Of a stretch of 64,000 nucleotides of DNA, positions 16,517 through 26,265 are shown in pieces. Each line of letters starts with the position of its first letter. Positions within the stretch are counted from its first letter, which is position 1. The stretch is from positions 3,882 to 67,881 of the forward strand of contig JANXSX010000158.1 in NCBI GenBank assembly GCA_025356475.1, written 5' to 3'. Source of the stretch: Isosphaeraceae bacterium (GTDB lineage Bacteria; Planctomycetota; Planctomycetia; Isosphaerales; Isosphaeraceae). Both the position numbers and the translations under genes were made by a program. Under the pieces are notes generated by a model. The model was not told where the DNA came from and ran no database searches. It saw only the letters and a list, made by a program, of their open reading frames with translations.

Positions 16517-17938
16517 TTGATGATTTCTGACAATCGACCCAACGCGAGACATCGCATGCAGCCGAGAAACGCCGAGATCGAGATCCCAGCCGTGGCGGAT
16601 GAACCTGAGAGTCGTCCCGGTGGGATTCCGCTCTATATCTGGGTAATTCTCGCGGCAGTCGTCGCCCTGCCGCTCGGAATGGCGATGAACGCCAGAGCAA
16701 GTTTCTCGCCTGGGGTCGCCGCGTGGCTCCCTGATCCCAGTTCCTTCGATATCCTGCCGAATTTGATCATCCGCGCCTTGAAAGTCCTCGCGACGCCTCT
16801 CGTCGTTCTGGCGATCTTAAGCGCGATCGTGTCCAACGATATTCGCGGCTGGCAGGGTGCCCGGATGATGCTCTATTACATGATCAATACGATCGTCGCG
16901 ATTACGATCGCACTCGTCCTGGCGAATCTCATTCAGCCTGGGAAGGGAGTTGATGCGATCACCTCAGCGCCGGCCATCCAGGCCTCCGAACCAAAGGGAT
17001 TGATAAAGATTCTTGATGAGCTCATTCCCGAGAGCATTGGTGATGCCTTCGTTCGCAATAACCTGGCGCAGTTGGTGATTGTGGCTTTGGCCCTTGGAAT
17101 TGGGCTGAATCAGATCCGTCGCGAACAGCAAGCTAAGGGCGACACTTCGTATGTTGCGGTTCTCGATTTCGTGACAGTGGGTTTTGAACTTCTTATGAAG
17201 GTGTTGCTCTGGGTTGTTGCTTTGGTGCCGATCGCTGTCTTCGGCGTAGTCGCCTCCAATATTGGTCGACGGGGATTAGGAGTGTTTGCGGAGTTAGGTT
17301 GGTTTATTGCAGTTGTGTTGATTGGTCTTGCATGTCAGATCCTCTGGTATCTAAGCCAGTTGGCAATCTTCGCCCGGATGTCTCCCGTGCGGTTCCTCAA
17401 AGGAGCCTCCAATGTCATGGCGACTTCGTTCAGCACAGCGAGCACGGGCGCGACCATGCCGTTCACCTTGAAGGCGTTGATGGGGCCACTCGGCGTTTCT
17501 CGGCAGTCCAGTCAACTCGCGGCTTGCGTCGGTACGAATTTCAATAATGATGGGACTGCGCTCTATCAGGCGGCGGTCGTGCTGTTCTTCGCGCAAGCCC
17601 TCGATCGTTCTCTATCACTTGGCGATCAGCTCGTGATTGTGGTCACGACCGTGCTTGCCAGTATTGGGGCGGGCTGTATCCCTTCGGGCGGGTTCGTCAC
17701 GCTCCCGTTGATCTTCGCGGCGGTCAAGCTCCCCGCCGATTCACTTCCTTTAATTCTCACAGTTGACTGGTTCCTCGATCGCTGCCGAACGAGCTCGAAT
17801 GTGCTTGGCGACATGACGGTCGCGATCCTCCTTGACCAGACCGCCGACTTAAAAGTCAATGCTCCCGAATCTGAGGAGTATGTTGACATTTCCCTACCAA
17901 CGACTGAGTTGATCGAAGAGGATAGCCTCGACTCATGA
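16517..17938 (+). CDS. Dicarboxylate/amino acid:cation symporter (DAACS / GltP family)
   Basis: This polytopic protein has the family motifs SSSATLP-like FSTASTGATMPF, NFNNDGTALYQAAVVLFFAQA and DRCRTSSNVLGD. The start could be the TTG at 16517, the ATG at 16520 or a later Met. Confidence 0.88.
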   Translation: MMISDNRPNARHRMQPRNAEIEIPAVADEPESRPGGIPLYIWVILAAVVALPLGMAMNARASFSPGVAAWLPDPSSFDILPNLIIRALKVLATPLVVLAILSAIVSNDIRGWQGARMMLYYMINTIVAITIALVLANLIQPGKGVDAITSAPAIQASEPKGLIKILDELIPESIGDAFVRNNLAQLVIVALALGIGLNQIRREQQAKGDTSYVAVLDFVTVGFELLMKVLLWVVALVPIAVFGVVASNIGRRGLGVFAELGWFIAVVLIGLACQILWYLSQLAIFARMSPVRFLKGASNVMATSFSTASTGATMPFTLKALMGPLGVSRQSSQLAACVGTNFNNDGTALYQAAVVLFFAQALDRSLSLGDQLVIVVTTVLASIGAGCIPSGGFVTLPLIFAAVKLPADSLPLILTVDWFLDRCRTSSNVLGDMTVAILLDQTADLKVNAPESEEYVDISLPTTELIEEDSLDS

Positions 17939-18213
17939 TCACCATACGCGGCATTGTCATGTCGGCTGATCTCGTTGAGAATCCACCCGGTAGTGATTCG
18001 ATCGAGATGCATCTGCGTCTGCAAGGCGTCGGGCCGACCGCTCCACGCCGGATTGTGATCCCTTTCTCAATGCTGATTAACGACGAGTCCCTTGAGCCCG
18101 AATCTGTTGCCGCCCACGCCTTCGAGGCCGACATTGAAGAAGTCGAGCCCAAACGGTGGGTGGCCTCAAGAATCACCTTTACCGCGAAGGGGATTCTTAG
18201 ATCATCCGAATAG
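17935..18213 (+). CDS. Small hypothetical protein (92 aa)
   Basis: Its ATG overlaps the transporter stop (ATGA), which suggests translational coupling. I recognised no motif. Confidence 0.45.
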   Translation: MITIRGIVMSADLVENPPGSDSIEMHLRLQGVGPTAPRRIVIPFSMLINDESLEPESVAAHAFEADIEEVEPKRWVASRITFTAKGILRSSE

Positions 18214-18221
18214 CCTTTCGG

Positions 18222-19358
18222 CTAAGTAAGTAAGCGGCGATAGAGTTCGATGTACCGATCGACGACATGGGGTAATGAATACTGCGATTGGACACGTTGG
18301 AGTGAAGCCTGTCCCATGGCGCTCCGTATGTCTACATTATTGAGTAACTCGATCAAAGCGGCTGACCATTCCGAAGAGTTCGCCGCGACCAAGAGGCCCA
18401 CCCCTCCATCAAGGAGGTCAATGTTGCCACCTATGTCCGACGCAATGCAAGGTAATCCTGTGGCCATCGCTTCCAGAAGTGAGTTGCTCATCCCCTCTGC
18501 GACGCTAGGTAATACAAAAACGTCGGCCGCACGAAGGTAGTCGGCCGGATCGTCAACTCGTCCGGTGAAGTGAACGTGTTCTTCGATCTTGAGGTCAAGA
18601 CATCGTTTCTTGAGTCGACCCAGTTCGGGACCGTCCCCGACCAGCATTAGCAGAGCACCGTTGGATTGAACAACTGAAGGCCACGCATCGATCAAGAGGT
18701 CGAGATTCTTTTGGGCGTGAATGCGACCGGTGAAGACCACCTGCAATCGTTTTGGACGCTTATCGCCAATCAGGCTGGGACCAGGGTGGAAGTGGCTGGT
18801 ATCAACACCACTCGCGAGTCGGACGACCCTCTCGGTCGGCCATCCCAACGACTCCCATTGGCCGGCAATGTCGGCGGAAATCGCCACCAGGACCGAATTC
18901 TGGAGGATCAGCCGCCTGAGGAACTTATGGCCCTTCGTCCGGATTAGTTCCTCAGCCTCCCCAAAATATCCGGAGCTTGCGGGCTGCACGATGGTGGGTG
19001 TGCTCCCAAAGAAACGACGACCACAGCCGGTAGAAATTGCTTCCCAGAGTCCTTGATGAGTGTGGATCAGGTCAAATTCCTGGCGAAGTCGCATGAGTGA
19101 TCGGATCACGCTTGCGACAAAGGTCAGCCCAAAGAGGGGGCCAACTCGCACAACATTGATCCACCGATGAATTTGAACCCCTTGGACGACTTCGTCACGG
19201 GGTTGGCCTGCCATGAACTGCGTCACGACGTGGACGATATGGCCACGTCGAACGAGTTCTACCCCTTGAGCTAAGGCTTGTCGTTCCGCTCCGCTCGCTT
19301 TGGGATGATATTGGCTGAGCACCTGGCAGACGCGGAGGGGAGGACCGTCCAAACTCAT
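18222..19358 (-). CDS. Glycosyltransferase family 4 (GT-B)
   Basis: The C-terminal domain carries GRIHAQKNLDLLIDAW and the E-x7-E region VLPSVAEGMSNSLLEAMATGLPCIASDIGGN. Confidence 0.88.
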   Translation of the reverse strand: MSLDGPPLRVCQVLSQYHPKASGAERQALAQGVELVRRGHIVHVVTQFMAGQPRDEVVQGVQIHRWINVVRVGPLFGLTFVASVIRSLMRLRQEFDLIHTHQGLWEAISTGCGRRFFGSTPTIVQPASSGYFGEAEELIRTKGHKFLRRLILQNSVLVAISADIAGQWESLGWPTERVVRLASGVDTSHFHPGPSLIGDKRPKRLQVVFTGRIHAQKNLDLLIDAWPSVVQSNGALLMLVGDGPELGRLKKRCLDLKIEEHVHFTGRVDDPADYLRAADVFVLPSVAEGMSNSLLEAMATGLPCIASDIGGNIDLLDGGVGLLVAANSSEWSAALIELLNNVDIRSAMGQASLQRVQSQYSLPHVVDRYIELYRRLLT

Positions 19359-19380
19359 CGAACGGTCCTCGGTTTCCGGC

Positions 19381-20568
19381 TCATCGACTGATCAATAGGC
19401 CACCAACGGGGCGGTCCTCGCTATCAGTGATCTGACCGCCTGCCACTGTAATTAAGCTCACTTCGTAGAGTCGGCCGCTATTCGAGGTCACTTGAACTCG
19501 CCAGTCGCCATCCGGCAGGCTTAGCCGATAACGGCCGTCAAAATCCGATCGGGCGGTGCGCTCGAACCGACCGAGGCGATCGCTCAGCAAGACATTAACC
19601 CCTTCTAAGGGTTGACGAGTCATCTCAGAGACGACTCGCCCTTCGAGCAGAGTCCGGCCCGCAACCGGCTTCCCTTGACTCACTGTGCTGAAAGACGGCT
19701 TCCGTGAGTCTCGGCGGGTGTATTCTCCGGGACTGTTGGGGTCACCCGACGGAGTTGTAGGGGCTGGCAGGTCGGCACCAGGAAGAGGCGCGGGCCCTTC
19801 GTTCTTAGGAGAAACCGAGCGGGGAAGCGCAGGAGGCACAGGGTCTCCCAGTTTGTCTCGCTCGCTCTCCAGCCCACCTGCTGGTTTCTCAGGTGAAGGG
19901 GGTGAAGCTTCCACAGGCTCGTCGGGGAGTACCTTCTCCGCAGCTTGTGGTGGCGGACTTGTCGTGTACCCGCCAGATGAGGGCTGCGACTTGATCGGAG
20001 TCTTGGCTGCCTTCGCCCTAGCCTGAGTCTCCTTCAAGGAAGGTTCCGGATTTGAGCTTGGGACACTTTCAATCAGCCGCGCTGGTGGCCGTTCTTCGAT
20101 TAATGCCGATTGAGGAGCGGTAGTTGGTGCTCGTGTAAGCTCTGTCGATGTTTCGCAGCAAAGTCCACCCGACATTGAAGTTGTGACGACCGGGATCCCA
20201 TAGGATGTCTCGACGAGTCCTGGACTCATGTAAACCGTGGGGACAATCGTGTTGCTGTAGTAGCGGGTCTCAGTGAACACCGGTCTGCGAGCAAAGTAAC
20301 GGCGTGGACGGACCATGATCGTTGTTGCGGTCGTCGGGACAATGTAAGCGGTCTCAGTGAGCTGGTAATTGCTCGTCGGAAATGCGTAGCTGGTCGGATA
20401 GAGCCGGACCGTAGGCACGACCCGGATCGTCTCTGTGGGTATATAGCCGCGTTCAAGCCAGACTGCTTGGGCGTTGGCGACGGTAAACAGCCCGAAAAGA
20501 GGCACAACGAAGAGAACAGTTCTGTAGTGTGGGCGACGCATTGAAGTCTCTCCGGAGCGGTCGGACAT
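19381..20568 (-). CDS. Secreted protein: signal peptide, x-P-T short-repeat region, Pro-rich linker, C-terminal carboxypeptidase-regulatory-like beta-sandwich
   Basis: The signal-like segment is VLFVVPLFGLFTVANAQA. The C-terminal stretch GRVVSEMTRQPLEGVNVLLSDRLGRFERTARSDFDGRYRLSLPDGDWRVQV matches the CarboxypepD_reg pattern. Confidence 0.7.
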   Translation of the reverse strand: MSDRSGETSMRRPHYRTVLFVVPLFGLFTVANAQAVWLERGYIPTETIRVVPTVRLYPTSYAFPTSNYQLTETAYIVPTTATTIMVRPRRYFARRPVFTETRYYSNTIVPTVYMSPGLVETSYGIPVVTTSMSGGLCCETSTELTRAPTTAPQSALIEERPPARLIESVPSSNPEPSLKETQARAKAAKTPIKSQPSSGGYTTSPPPQAAEKVLPDEPVEASPPSPEKPAGGLESERDKLGDPVPPALPRSVSPKNEGPAPLPGADLPAPTTPSGDPNSPGEYTRRDSRKPSFSTVSQGKPVAGRTLLEGRVVSEMTRQPLEGVNVLLSDRLGRFERTARSDFDGRYRLSLPDGDWRVQVTSNSGRLYEVSLITVAGGQITDSEDRPVGGLLISR

Positions 20569-20766
20569 TAGCCTAGAGTCTCAGCCCAACCGTCAGGTAG
20601 GGCACGATTCCTACAAAGATCATACGCCGGACAACCGACTGGAGCCAGAGTCCGGCACTGATAAGGAGTCCAACAATACGATTTGCATGCCAGACCGACA
20701 TCTGCGAAGATTTATCGAGAGTCGGCCAGTTGCGAGTGGCCGATTCAGCTCTAGAGGATTTGCCCA

Positions 20767-21060
20767 ATGACGCCACGCGACGCCACGAACGTCCTCGATC
20801 GCGACTTCTTGGAAACGAGAGCGAAGATACTCGAGATCGCCGCATCACTGGACCGGCACGATCGAGCTCCGAGTCGGCACGGTGAGAAGCCTGATTACCG
20901 GCTCGCCCAACTTCGCCAAGGAATTGAGGCTCTGCTCGAACCCGGACCAGGTCGAGCCGAGACCGTTCAGCGGCTATTCTCGTTGGAATATCAGCCCACA
21001 TGGCTTGAAGACGCCGGCTTGAAGGTCGAACCTCGAGTTTGCTTTGGGATGAAAGTATAG
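20767..21060 (+). CDS. Hypothetical protein (97 aa)
   Basis: It has an ATG start and a protein-like sequence (DFLETRAKILEIAASLDRHD...LAQLRQGIEALLEPG) with GC-biased third positions. It conflicts with the antisense ORF 20573..21001, which looks less protein-like. Confidence 0.45.
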   Translation: MTPRDATNVLDRDFLETRAKILEIAASLDRHDRAPSRHGEKPDYRLAQLRQGIEALLEPGPGRAETVQRLFSLEYQPTWLEDAGLKVEPRVCFGMKV

Positions 21061-21075
21061 GTGAGATTTCAGTGA

Positions 21076-21618
21076 TTGCTTATTGATGGAGTCCTGTCGG
21101 AGCGCGGAAGACTGTGGATGGATGGCACTGCCATTTTATCGGTTATAGATCGTAAGTTGGCCATTCATCCCGAGGCAATGAGGCGCTACGTGGACAAGAA
21201 GAAACTGCAAAATCTATGTATGGAGAGGCTCGAGGACGTCGAGGCTCTCCTGGAGGCGAGGCGATGGTCAGGAGCTTACTACCTTTGCGGATATGTTATT
21301 GAATGTGCTCTCAAAGCCTGTCTGCTTCGACATCTGGGTGAATCGGGGTCGATATTCGATGATCCGACTTATCTGAAAAAGCTGACAGAATGCTGGAGGC
21401 ACGACCTCACCAAGCTCGAGAAGTTAGCGGGTCTGGAAGCGGAATTTGGATCCGCCCGCAGCTTGAACGAGTCGTTAAGTAACTACTGGCTCGTGACAAA
21501 AGACTGGAAAGCGACATCCCGATATCAAGAAATGACCGAAATCCAGGCGAGAGCATTACACGAAGCCGTCAGCCACCATCCTGATGGGGTGTTCCTATGG
21601 ATACAGTCAGGCTGGTAG
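21076..21618 (+). CDS. HEPN domain protein
   Basis: The core pattern is AYYLCGYVIECALKACLLRHLG ... WRHDLTKLEKLAG ... DWKATSRYQE. This matches the GY-x-x-E-x-x-LKA / HDL-x-x-L / W-x4-RY layout of HEPN proteins. The start is the TTG at 21076 or the ATG at 21118. Confidence 0.7.
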   Translation: MLIDGVLSERGRLWMDGTAILSVIDRKLAIHPEAMRRYVDKKKLQNLCMERLEDVEALLEARRWSGAYYLCGYVIECALKACLLRHLGESGSIFDDPTYLKKLTECWRHDLTKLEKLAGLEAEFGSARSLNESLSNYWLVTKDWKATSRYQEMTEIQARALHEAVSHHPDGVFLWIQSGW

Positions 21619-22304
21619 AGAATCAGATCGACGAAGGGCAGTGGTTGCTTGATCAACTGGAAAAAGGCGGAATCGTTGTCCGTGCGGCCTGCTGGCTAAA
21701 GCCTGTCGCGGAAGACCGTTGGTCGCTTTACATTGCCACCCCGATTGTCGACGACATGGGTCCATTAGGAGCATATCGGCAGGTCACCCCCGCCCTTCGC
21801 TCCTTGGGTTATGACTGGATCACTGGTTCCGACATCATGCTCGTAGGCGAGGAACATCCCATCATCGGGGACGCGTTCGAGATCCTCCGGCGCTTCCCCC
21901 ACGATAAGCCGATCCGTTCCCCTCGCTCGTTGGTTGGAGGCATCTCGGTTGAGGAAGTGTTCGTGTACCCGCTGGGAAAAACGTTTGTGACAATCTATAG
22001 TCTGGAATTCCCAGACGCACCAGATGACATGGCCAGGATGCTGTCGCTGCATGAATTTAGTACCGTTAGGTGTCTTTCGGTGGACGGCAAGGAATACAAA
22101 GGAATGAACGGAAACGATTTGAGAGTGATCGCGCCTCAGGGGGCGAAATTGGAGCAAGTCTCGAGCAAGCAGATGGTGCTCGAATGGGAGCTGCGGGGCA
22201 CTCGGAAGCAGTCTAGCGCCAACGAGGTCTGGAGTCTTGCAAATCTCGGCCTATACGGTTTCAGATTTCTTCGCCAACCCAATCTGACTCTTTCATCTAC
22301 CTGA
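21597..22304 (+). CDS. Hypothetical 235-aa protein overlapping the HEPN gene (candidate cognate partner)
   Basis: Its ATG lies 22 nt inside the HEPN ORF on the same strand. I saw no nucleotidyltransferase (GSxxxG...DxD) motif or any other motif. The N-terminal segment RAACWLKPVAEDRWSLYIATPIVDD is protein-like. Confidence 0.6.
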   Translation: MDTVRLVENQIDEGQWLLDQLEKGGIVVRAACWLKPVAEDRWSLYIATPIVDDMGPLGAYRQVTPALRSLGYDWITGSDIMLVGEEHPIIGDAFEILRRFPHDKPIRSPRSLVGGISVEEVFVYPLGKTFVTIYSLEFPDAPDDMARMLSLHEFSTVRCLSVDGKEYKGMNGNDLRVIAPQGAKLEQVSSKQMVLEWELRGTRKQSSANEVWSLANLGLYGFRFLRQPNLTLSST

Positions 22305-22333
22305 GACTGATCACCGAACTAGAGGTTGCGAGT

Positions 22334-23173
22334 ATGTCCGCTTACATCGACCCCCACATCCACATGGTGAGTCGGACGACCGACGATTATAAGCGCATGG
22401 CTTTGGCCGGGTGCTGTTTGATTAGCGAGCCTGCCTTCTGGGCAGGCTTTGACCGCTCGGGACCGGAAGGTTTTCGCGACTATTTTCGGCAGCTTACCCA
22501 ATATGAAGGGAAACGTGCTCGTGCTTATGGGATCGAGCACAAGACGTGGCTTTGTATTAATGCCAAAGAGGCGGAAAATGTTGCACTCGCCCGAGAGGTC
22601 ATCAAACTCATCCCGGAGTTCCTCGACCAGCCCGACGTGCTCGGCATCGGTGAGATTGGCCTCAACAAGAACACGACGAACGAGGCGACGGTATTTCTCG
22701 AACACCTCGACCTTGCAGCCAAGACCGACGAATTGATCCTGGTCCACACCCCGCACCTGGCGGATAAGTACCAGGGAACGCGGATGATCATCGACATGCT
22801 AAAAGGTGATCACCGTATCACTCCGGGACGGGTCTGCATCGACCATGTCGAGGAACACACGATTCGCCACGCCCTTGATGCGGGCCACTGGTGTGGGATG
22901 ACTTTGTACCCGATCAGCAAGTGTACACCTGCTCGAGCTGTGGACATGATCGAAATGTACGGACCTGAACGAATTATGGTCAATTCCGCAGGGGATTGGG
23001 GCCATAGCGACCCTTTGGCCGTCCCCGAGTTCATCTTCGAGATGCGTCAGCGCGGCCATGCGGAGGCTCTCATCAAGCAGGTGGTGTTTGATAACCCGCT
23101 GATGTTCTTCTCGCAGTGTCCTAGATTCAATTACGTGCCGAGAAGTGTTGGTTCTGAAGCAGGCGGCACTTAA
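22334..23173 (+). CDS. TatD-related metal-dependent hydrolase
   Basis: The N-terminal YIDPHIHM carries the HxH metal site. GIGEIGLN, LILVHTPH and the C-terminal NSAGDWGHSD are typical of the TatD/amidohydrolase fold. Confidence 0.8.
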   Translation: MSAYIDPHIHMVSRTTDDYKRMALAGCCLISEPAFWAGFDRSGPEGFRDYFRQLTQYEGKRARAYGIEHKTWLCINAKEAENVALAREVIKLIPEFLDQPDVLGIGEIGLNKNTTNEATVFLEHLDLAAKTDELILVHTPHLADKYQGTRMIIDMLKGDHRITPGRVCIDHVEEHTIRHALDAGHWCGMTLYPISKCTPARAVDMIEMYGPERIMVNSAGDWGHSDPLAVPEFIFEMRQRGHAEALIKQVVFDNPLMFFSQCPRFNYVPRSVGSEAGGT

Positions 23174-23193
23174 TTACAGGGGTTGGAGTGGTC

Positions 23194-23388
23194 TCACGAT
23201 GTCTGTGATTCGCACTCGCCGTCATAGGGGACTCGGCACCAGCGGCAGATCAAGACTCGTTCGCACTCGGCACAAAAGACACAAACTTCCGCCCAGCCCA
23301 GAGCGTGGTAGTGCTCGAGGCTAGGGGGTAAGTAATTGGTGCCACACGTCTCACAGATGAGCGGAAGTCCACAATAGACGCAATCCAT
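23194..23388 (-). CDS. Cys-rich mini-protein (64 aa, 10 Cys; probable double zinc ribbon)
   Basis: CxxC pairs are CVYC, CETC, CVFCAEC and CRWC. It starts 6 nt downstream of the aminotransferase stop on the same strand. Confidence 0.55.
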   Translation of the reverse strand: MDCVYCGLPLICETCGTNYLPPSLEHYHALGWAEVCVFCAECERVLICRWCRVPYDGECESQTS

Positions 23389-23394
23389 GTCGGC

Positions 23395-24630
23395 TTAGCC
23401 AACCACCCTGTCAGGCTTGAGACAACGTCCAATCTGCCGCGCTGCTTGTCGCAGTCTCTGTTCGTTTTCTACTAGGGCGAGTCGCAAAAATCCTTCACCC
23501 GTTTCACCGAATCCGCGGCCAGGACTAACCGCGACTTCGGCCTCCTCGATCAGCTTCATTGCGAAGTCGAGTGAGCCCATCTTGGTTCGCCAAGGCTCGG
23601 GGATTGCGGTCCAAACGAACATACCGGCCTTGGGGGTTTCCATTTCCCAGCCGATCCGGCGGAGGCTTTCAACCAAAACATCCCTGCGCATCTGGTATTC
23701 CGCGACCTGGGCCTTACGACCTTCCTCGCCATGCCGAAGGGCGACGATCGAGGCGATCTGAACGGCTTGAAACAGGCCGTAATCGTAATAGCCCTTGATG
23801 GCTTTCAAGGCACGGAGCATCGGCTGGTTGCCGGCGGCAAAACCGACCCGCCAACCGGCCATGTTGTACCCTTTGCTCATTGTGGTGAATTCGCAACCGA
23901 CGTCTTTGGCACCCGGCACCGAGAGGAAGCTCGGATGTTCGTGACCGTCGAAACAGATGTCCCCATAGGCAAAGTCATGGATTACGAAGAATTTGTATCG
24001 CTTAGCGAGTGCGACAATCTCTGAGAAAAACGCCTTATCCACCACGACGCCTGTCGGGTTGTGGGGATAATTGATGACTAGAATTTTGGGCTTGGGGAAT
24101 AGGCTCTCACAGACGCGAGCGATGTTCGCCAGAAACACTTGTGGATCGCGGACATCAAGGGTGATGCAGTTCGCGGACGCCAGGGCGATGGCGTGGACGT
24201 GTACCGGGAATGTTGGGGCAGGGGAAAGGACCGTATCACCTGGGCCGAGAAGGGCCAGGCACATATGGCTGAACCCCTCCTTGGAGCCAATGGTGGTAAC
24301 CACTTCATTTTCGGCATCGAGAGTTACGCCGAAGCGGCTCTCGTAACGGGCGGCGACCTCTTTGCGGAGATTGATGACGCCAGCGGCAACGCTATAGCGG
24401 TGGTTCTTGGTCTCGCGAGCTGCCTCGCAGAGCTTGTCAATCACCCACGATTCGGGAGGGTCGGTGGGATTGCCCATCCCCAGGTCGATGATATCAACGC
24501 CCTCGCGTCGCTTGCGGGACTTCAGGTCGTTGATCTTGCCAAACAAGTACGGGGGGAGTGCTCGTACGCGAGGAGCGACGTCAATATCGTAATTGTCCAC
24601 GTGATCTGGGCTGGCCGTATGATCGAGCAT
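23395..24630 (-). CDS. Pyridoxal-phosphate-dependent aminotransferase, class I/II
   Basis: Motifs are [25 protein letters not shown] (the PLP lysine) and RLALVEN. The track ORF extends to a TTG at 24714. I prefer the ATG at 24630 (MLDHTAS), which gives about 411 aa. Confidence 0.9.
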   Translation of the reverse strand: MLDHTASPDHVDNYDIDVAPRVRALPPYLFGKINDLKSRKRREGVDIIDLGMGNPTDPPESWVIDKLCEAARETKNHRYSVAAGVINLRKEVAARYESRFGVTLDAENEVVTTIGSKEGFSHMCLALLGPGDTVLSPAPTFPVHVHAIALASANCITLDVRDPQVFLANIARVCESLFPKPKILVINYPHNPTGVVVDKAFFSEIVALAKRYKFFVIHDFAYGDICFDGHEHPSFLSVPGAKDVGCEFTTMSKGYNMAGWRVGFAAGNQPMLRALKAIKGYYDYGLFQAVQIASIVALRHGEEGRKAQVAEYQMRRDVLVESLRRIGWEMETPKAGMFVWTAIPEPWRTKMGSLDFAMKLIEEAEVAVSPGRGFGETGEGFLRLALVENEQRLRQAARQIGRCLKPDRVVG

Positions 24631-24933
24631 CGCGTCCGAATCCTTTAAACGGTAACGGGTCGAGTCGCCCGTCCTCGCTGGGCGACACACGTTGACGATA
24701 ACGCCCTCGCCCAAGATTAGCGACCTGAACTCCTAGTTTTTGCGAACTTCTGAGCCGATCGTGTCGATATGAACTCTTGCCAACCGGACGGCTCGACTCT
24801 GCTGCGAAACACCCTCGACAACTCCTCACGGCCTTACCGTCTGGATTACCATAGATCAGCGAGAAGGGGCCAGGAGAGGGAGTTATCCCAATCCTGGCCC
24901 CTTTTGCTGGTAACGATCAGACCGACTCTAAGG

Positions 24934-26265
24934 TCAGTTTTTAGGTGCGGGTGCAGTCTTGAGGTTCTGCACTCGCTTGACTTCTTCGTCGGGGATTCCG
25001 GCGGCAGAAGACGATGCACCATTGGGCACGCTCTGCACCGCACCGGCAGCCCCAGCGCGTGAGCTAGCGGAAACCCTCTGAGGCATGGCGGCATTGGGAT
25101 CCGACATTAGCCGGCGATCGGTGTCCGGCTTGGAGTCGGGGTCGAGCTCCTCGTTGGCATTCTTGGTTGTACCTGCAAGGCGGTTCTCAATGGACGAGGC
25201 CTTGATCAGATCGCCGTAGTAGTCCGCCATCGCTTCCTTGAGCTTCACGTCGTAGATCAGGTCGTGCATCTGCTTCTTGACGTTCGGACTGTCCAGGGCC
25301 GGCTTCTTCTCCGTTGAAATGATCCCCTCGCGGCGAATGATCAGGTACGAACTTTCGGCAACCTGAATCGGTCCGGTGAAGTCGCCATCCTTTGGCTTGT
25401 GGGAGGGATCTTTGTCGCCGGGTTCGCCATCGACCAACTGACGAAAGGCAGCCTCAGAGACATTTAGAGGGAAGGCATGACGAGTGATCGGCTCGCCGAC
25501 GAGCCCACCAAGTGATGCAGATGACTGGTCGATGGACTGGGTTCGGGCAACCGCTTCGAATCCGTTGGGATTCTTCTTGAGCCCATCCCAGATCTCCTGA
25601 GCCGATCGAAGCTTATCGGTCATGATGATCCGGACTCGGATCTTGTCGCCGTATGTGGCCTCATAGGCGGACTGGATATCCTTGTCAGTCACCTGGGCTC
25701 GGCCGGCAGCGAGCTTGCGGAGGGCGATCGCGGGGAAGATGATGTCGCGAGCGTACTGCTCGGGGCTGATTCCTCGTTCTTTATTCAGGGAGATCAGCCA
25801 AGCTTCGCGGCTTAGCCCAGCCATTCGCCGGGCAACGCTGTCGATTTCATTATTAATTTCTTCGGGGGTCACTTCCAGCTTTGCTCGCCGGACCGCCTGT
25901 TCAAGGAGACGGCGGGCGATCAAAGTCTCAAGGATTTCCGGTCCCTTGCGTGCGATCGCTTCATCAGCAAGCTGGGCTCGCGTGATGACCTCGTTGTTAA
26001 TGATTGCGACCGGGTCGTTGGGGTTCACAGGGATCGCGACTGTCTTGGCAGTTGGCTGCCGGGTCACTTCCGCCTTCGGAGCCGGAGTTGTCTTGGTGGT
26101 TGCCTTGCCCGGTGCGGTTTTCTGGGCCATTGCTGTCGTTGGGAACAGCGACGTCGCCAAGGTCAAGGTGGCCAACGTCCGTGTGGCAAATCGACTGCGA
26201 GTCCTTGCAGCGCTCACGAGACAACTCCTTTTGCGTGGGGTCTGGGTCCCGGTCCGAACTTCCAA
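24934..26265 (-). CDS. SurA-like chaperone / parvulin-type peptidyl-prolyl isomerase, secreted
   Basis: The signal-like segment is LATLTLATSLFPTTAMA. The SurA_N-like part is INNEVITRAQLADEAIARKG...LIARRLLEQAVRRAKLEVTPEEINNEI. The parvulin-like part is IRVRIIMT...LGGLVGEPITRHAF...YLIIRREG. Confidence 0.7.
   Translation of the reverse strand: MEVRTGTQTPRKRSCLVSAARTRSRFATRTLATLTLATSLFPTTAMAQKTAPGKATTKTTPAPKAEVTRQPTAKTVAIPVNPNDPVAIINNEVITRAQLADEAIARKGPEILETLIARRLLEQAVRRAKLEVTPEEINNEIDSVARRMAGLSREAWLISLNKERGISPEQYARDIIFPAIALRKLAAGRAQVTDKDIQSAYEATYGDKIRVRIIMTDKLRSAQEIWDGLKKNPNGFEAVARTQSIDQSSASLGGLVGEPITRHAFPLNVSEAAFRQLVDGEPGDKDPSHKPKDGDFTGPIQVAESSYLIIRREGIISTEKKPALDSPNVKKQMHDLIYDVKLKEAMADYYGDLIKASSIENRLAGTTKNANEELDPDSKPDTDRRLMSDPNAAMPQRVSASSRAGAAGAVQSVPNGASSSAAGIPDEEVKRVQNLKTAPAPKN

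Noticed and set aside
20573-21001. 142-aa minus-strand ORF overlapping the 20767..21060 plus-strand ORF
   Set aside because: Most of it is Arg/Ser-rich and unconvincing. Only the last 42 codons (20573..20701, MSVWHANRIVGLLISAGLWLQSVVRRMIFVGIVPYLTVGLRL) look like a possible membrane peptide. That is too short to call without conservation data.
21061-22320. Possible low-GC island around the HEPN pair
   Set aside because: Spot counts on two 60-nt lines gave about 50% GC, but some flanking lines give similar values. Without a computed sliding-window GC or codon analysis, I cannot support a compositional anomaly.
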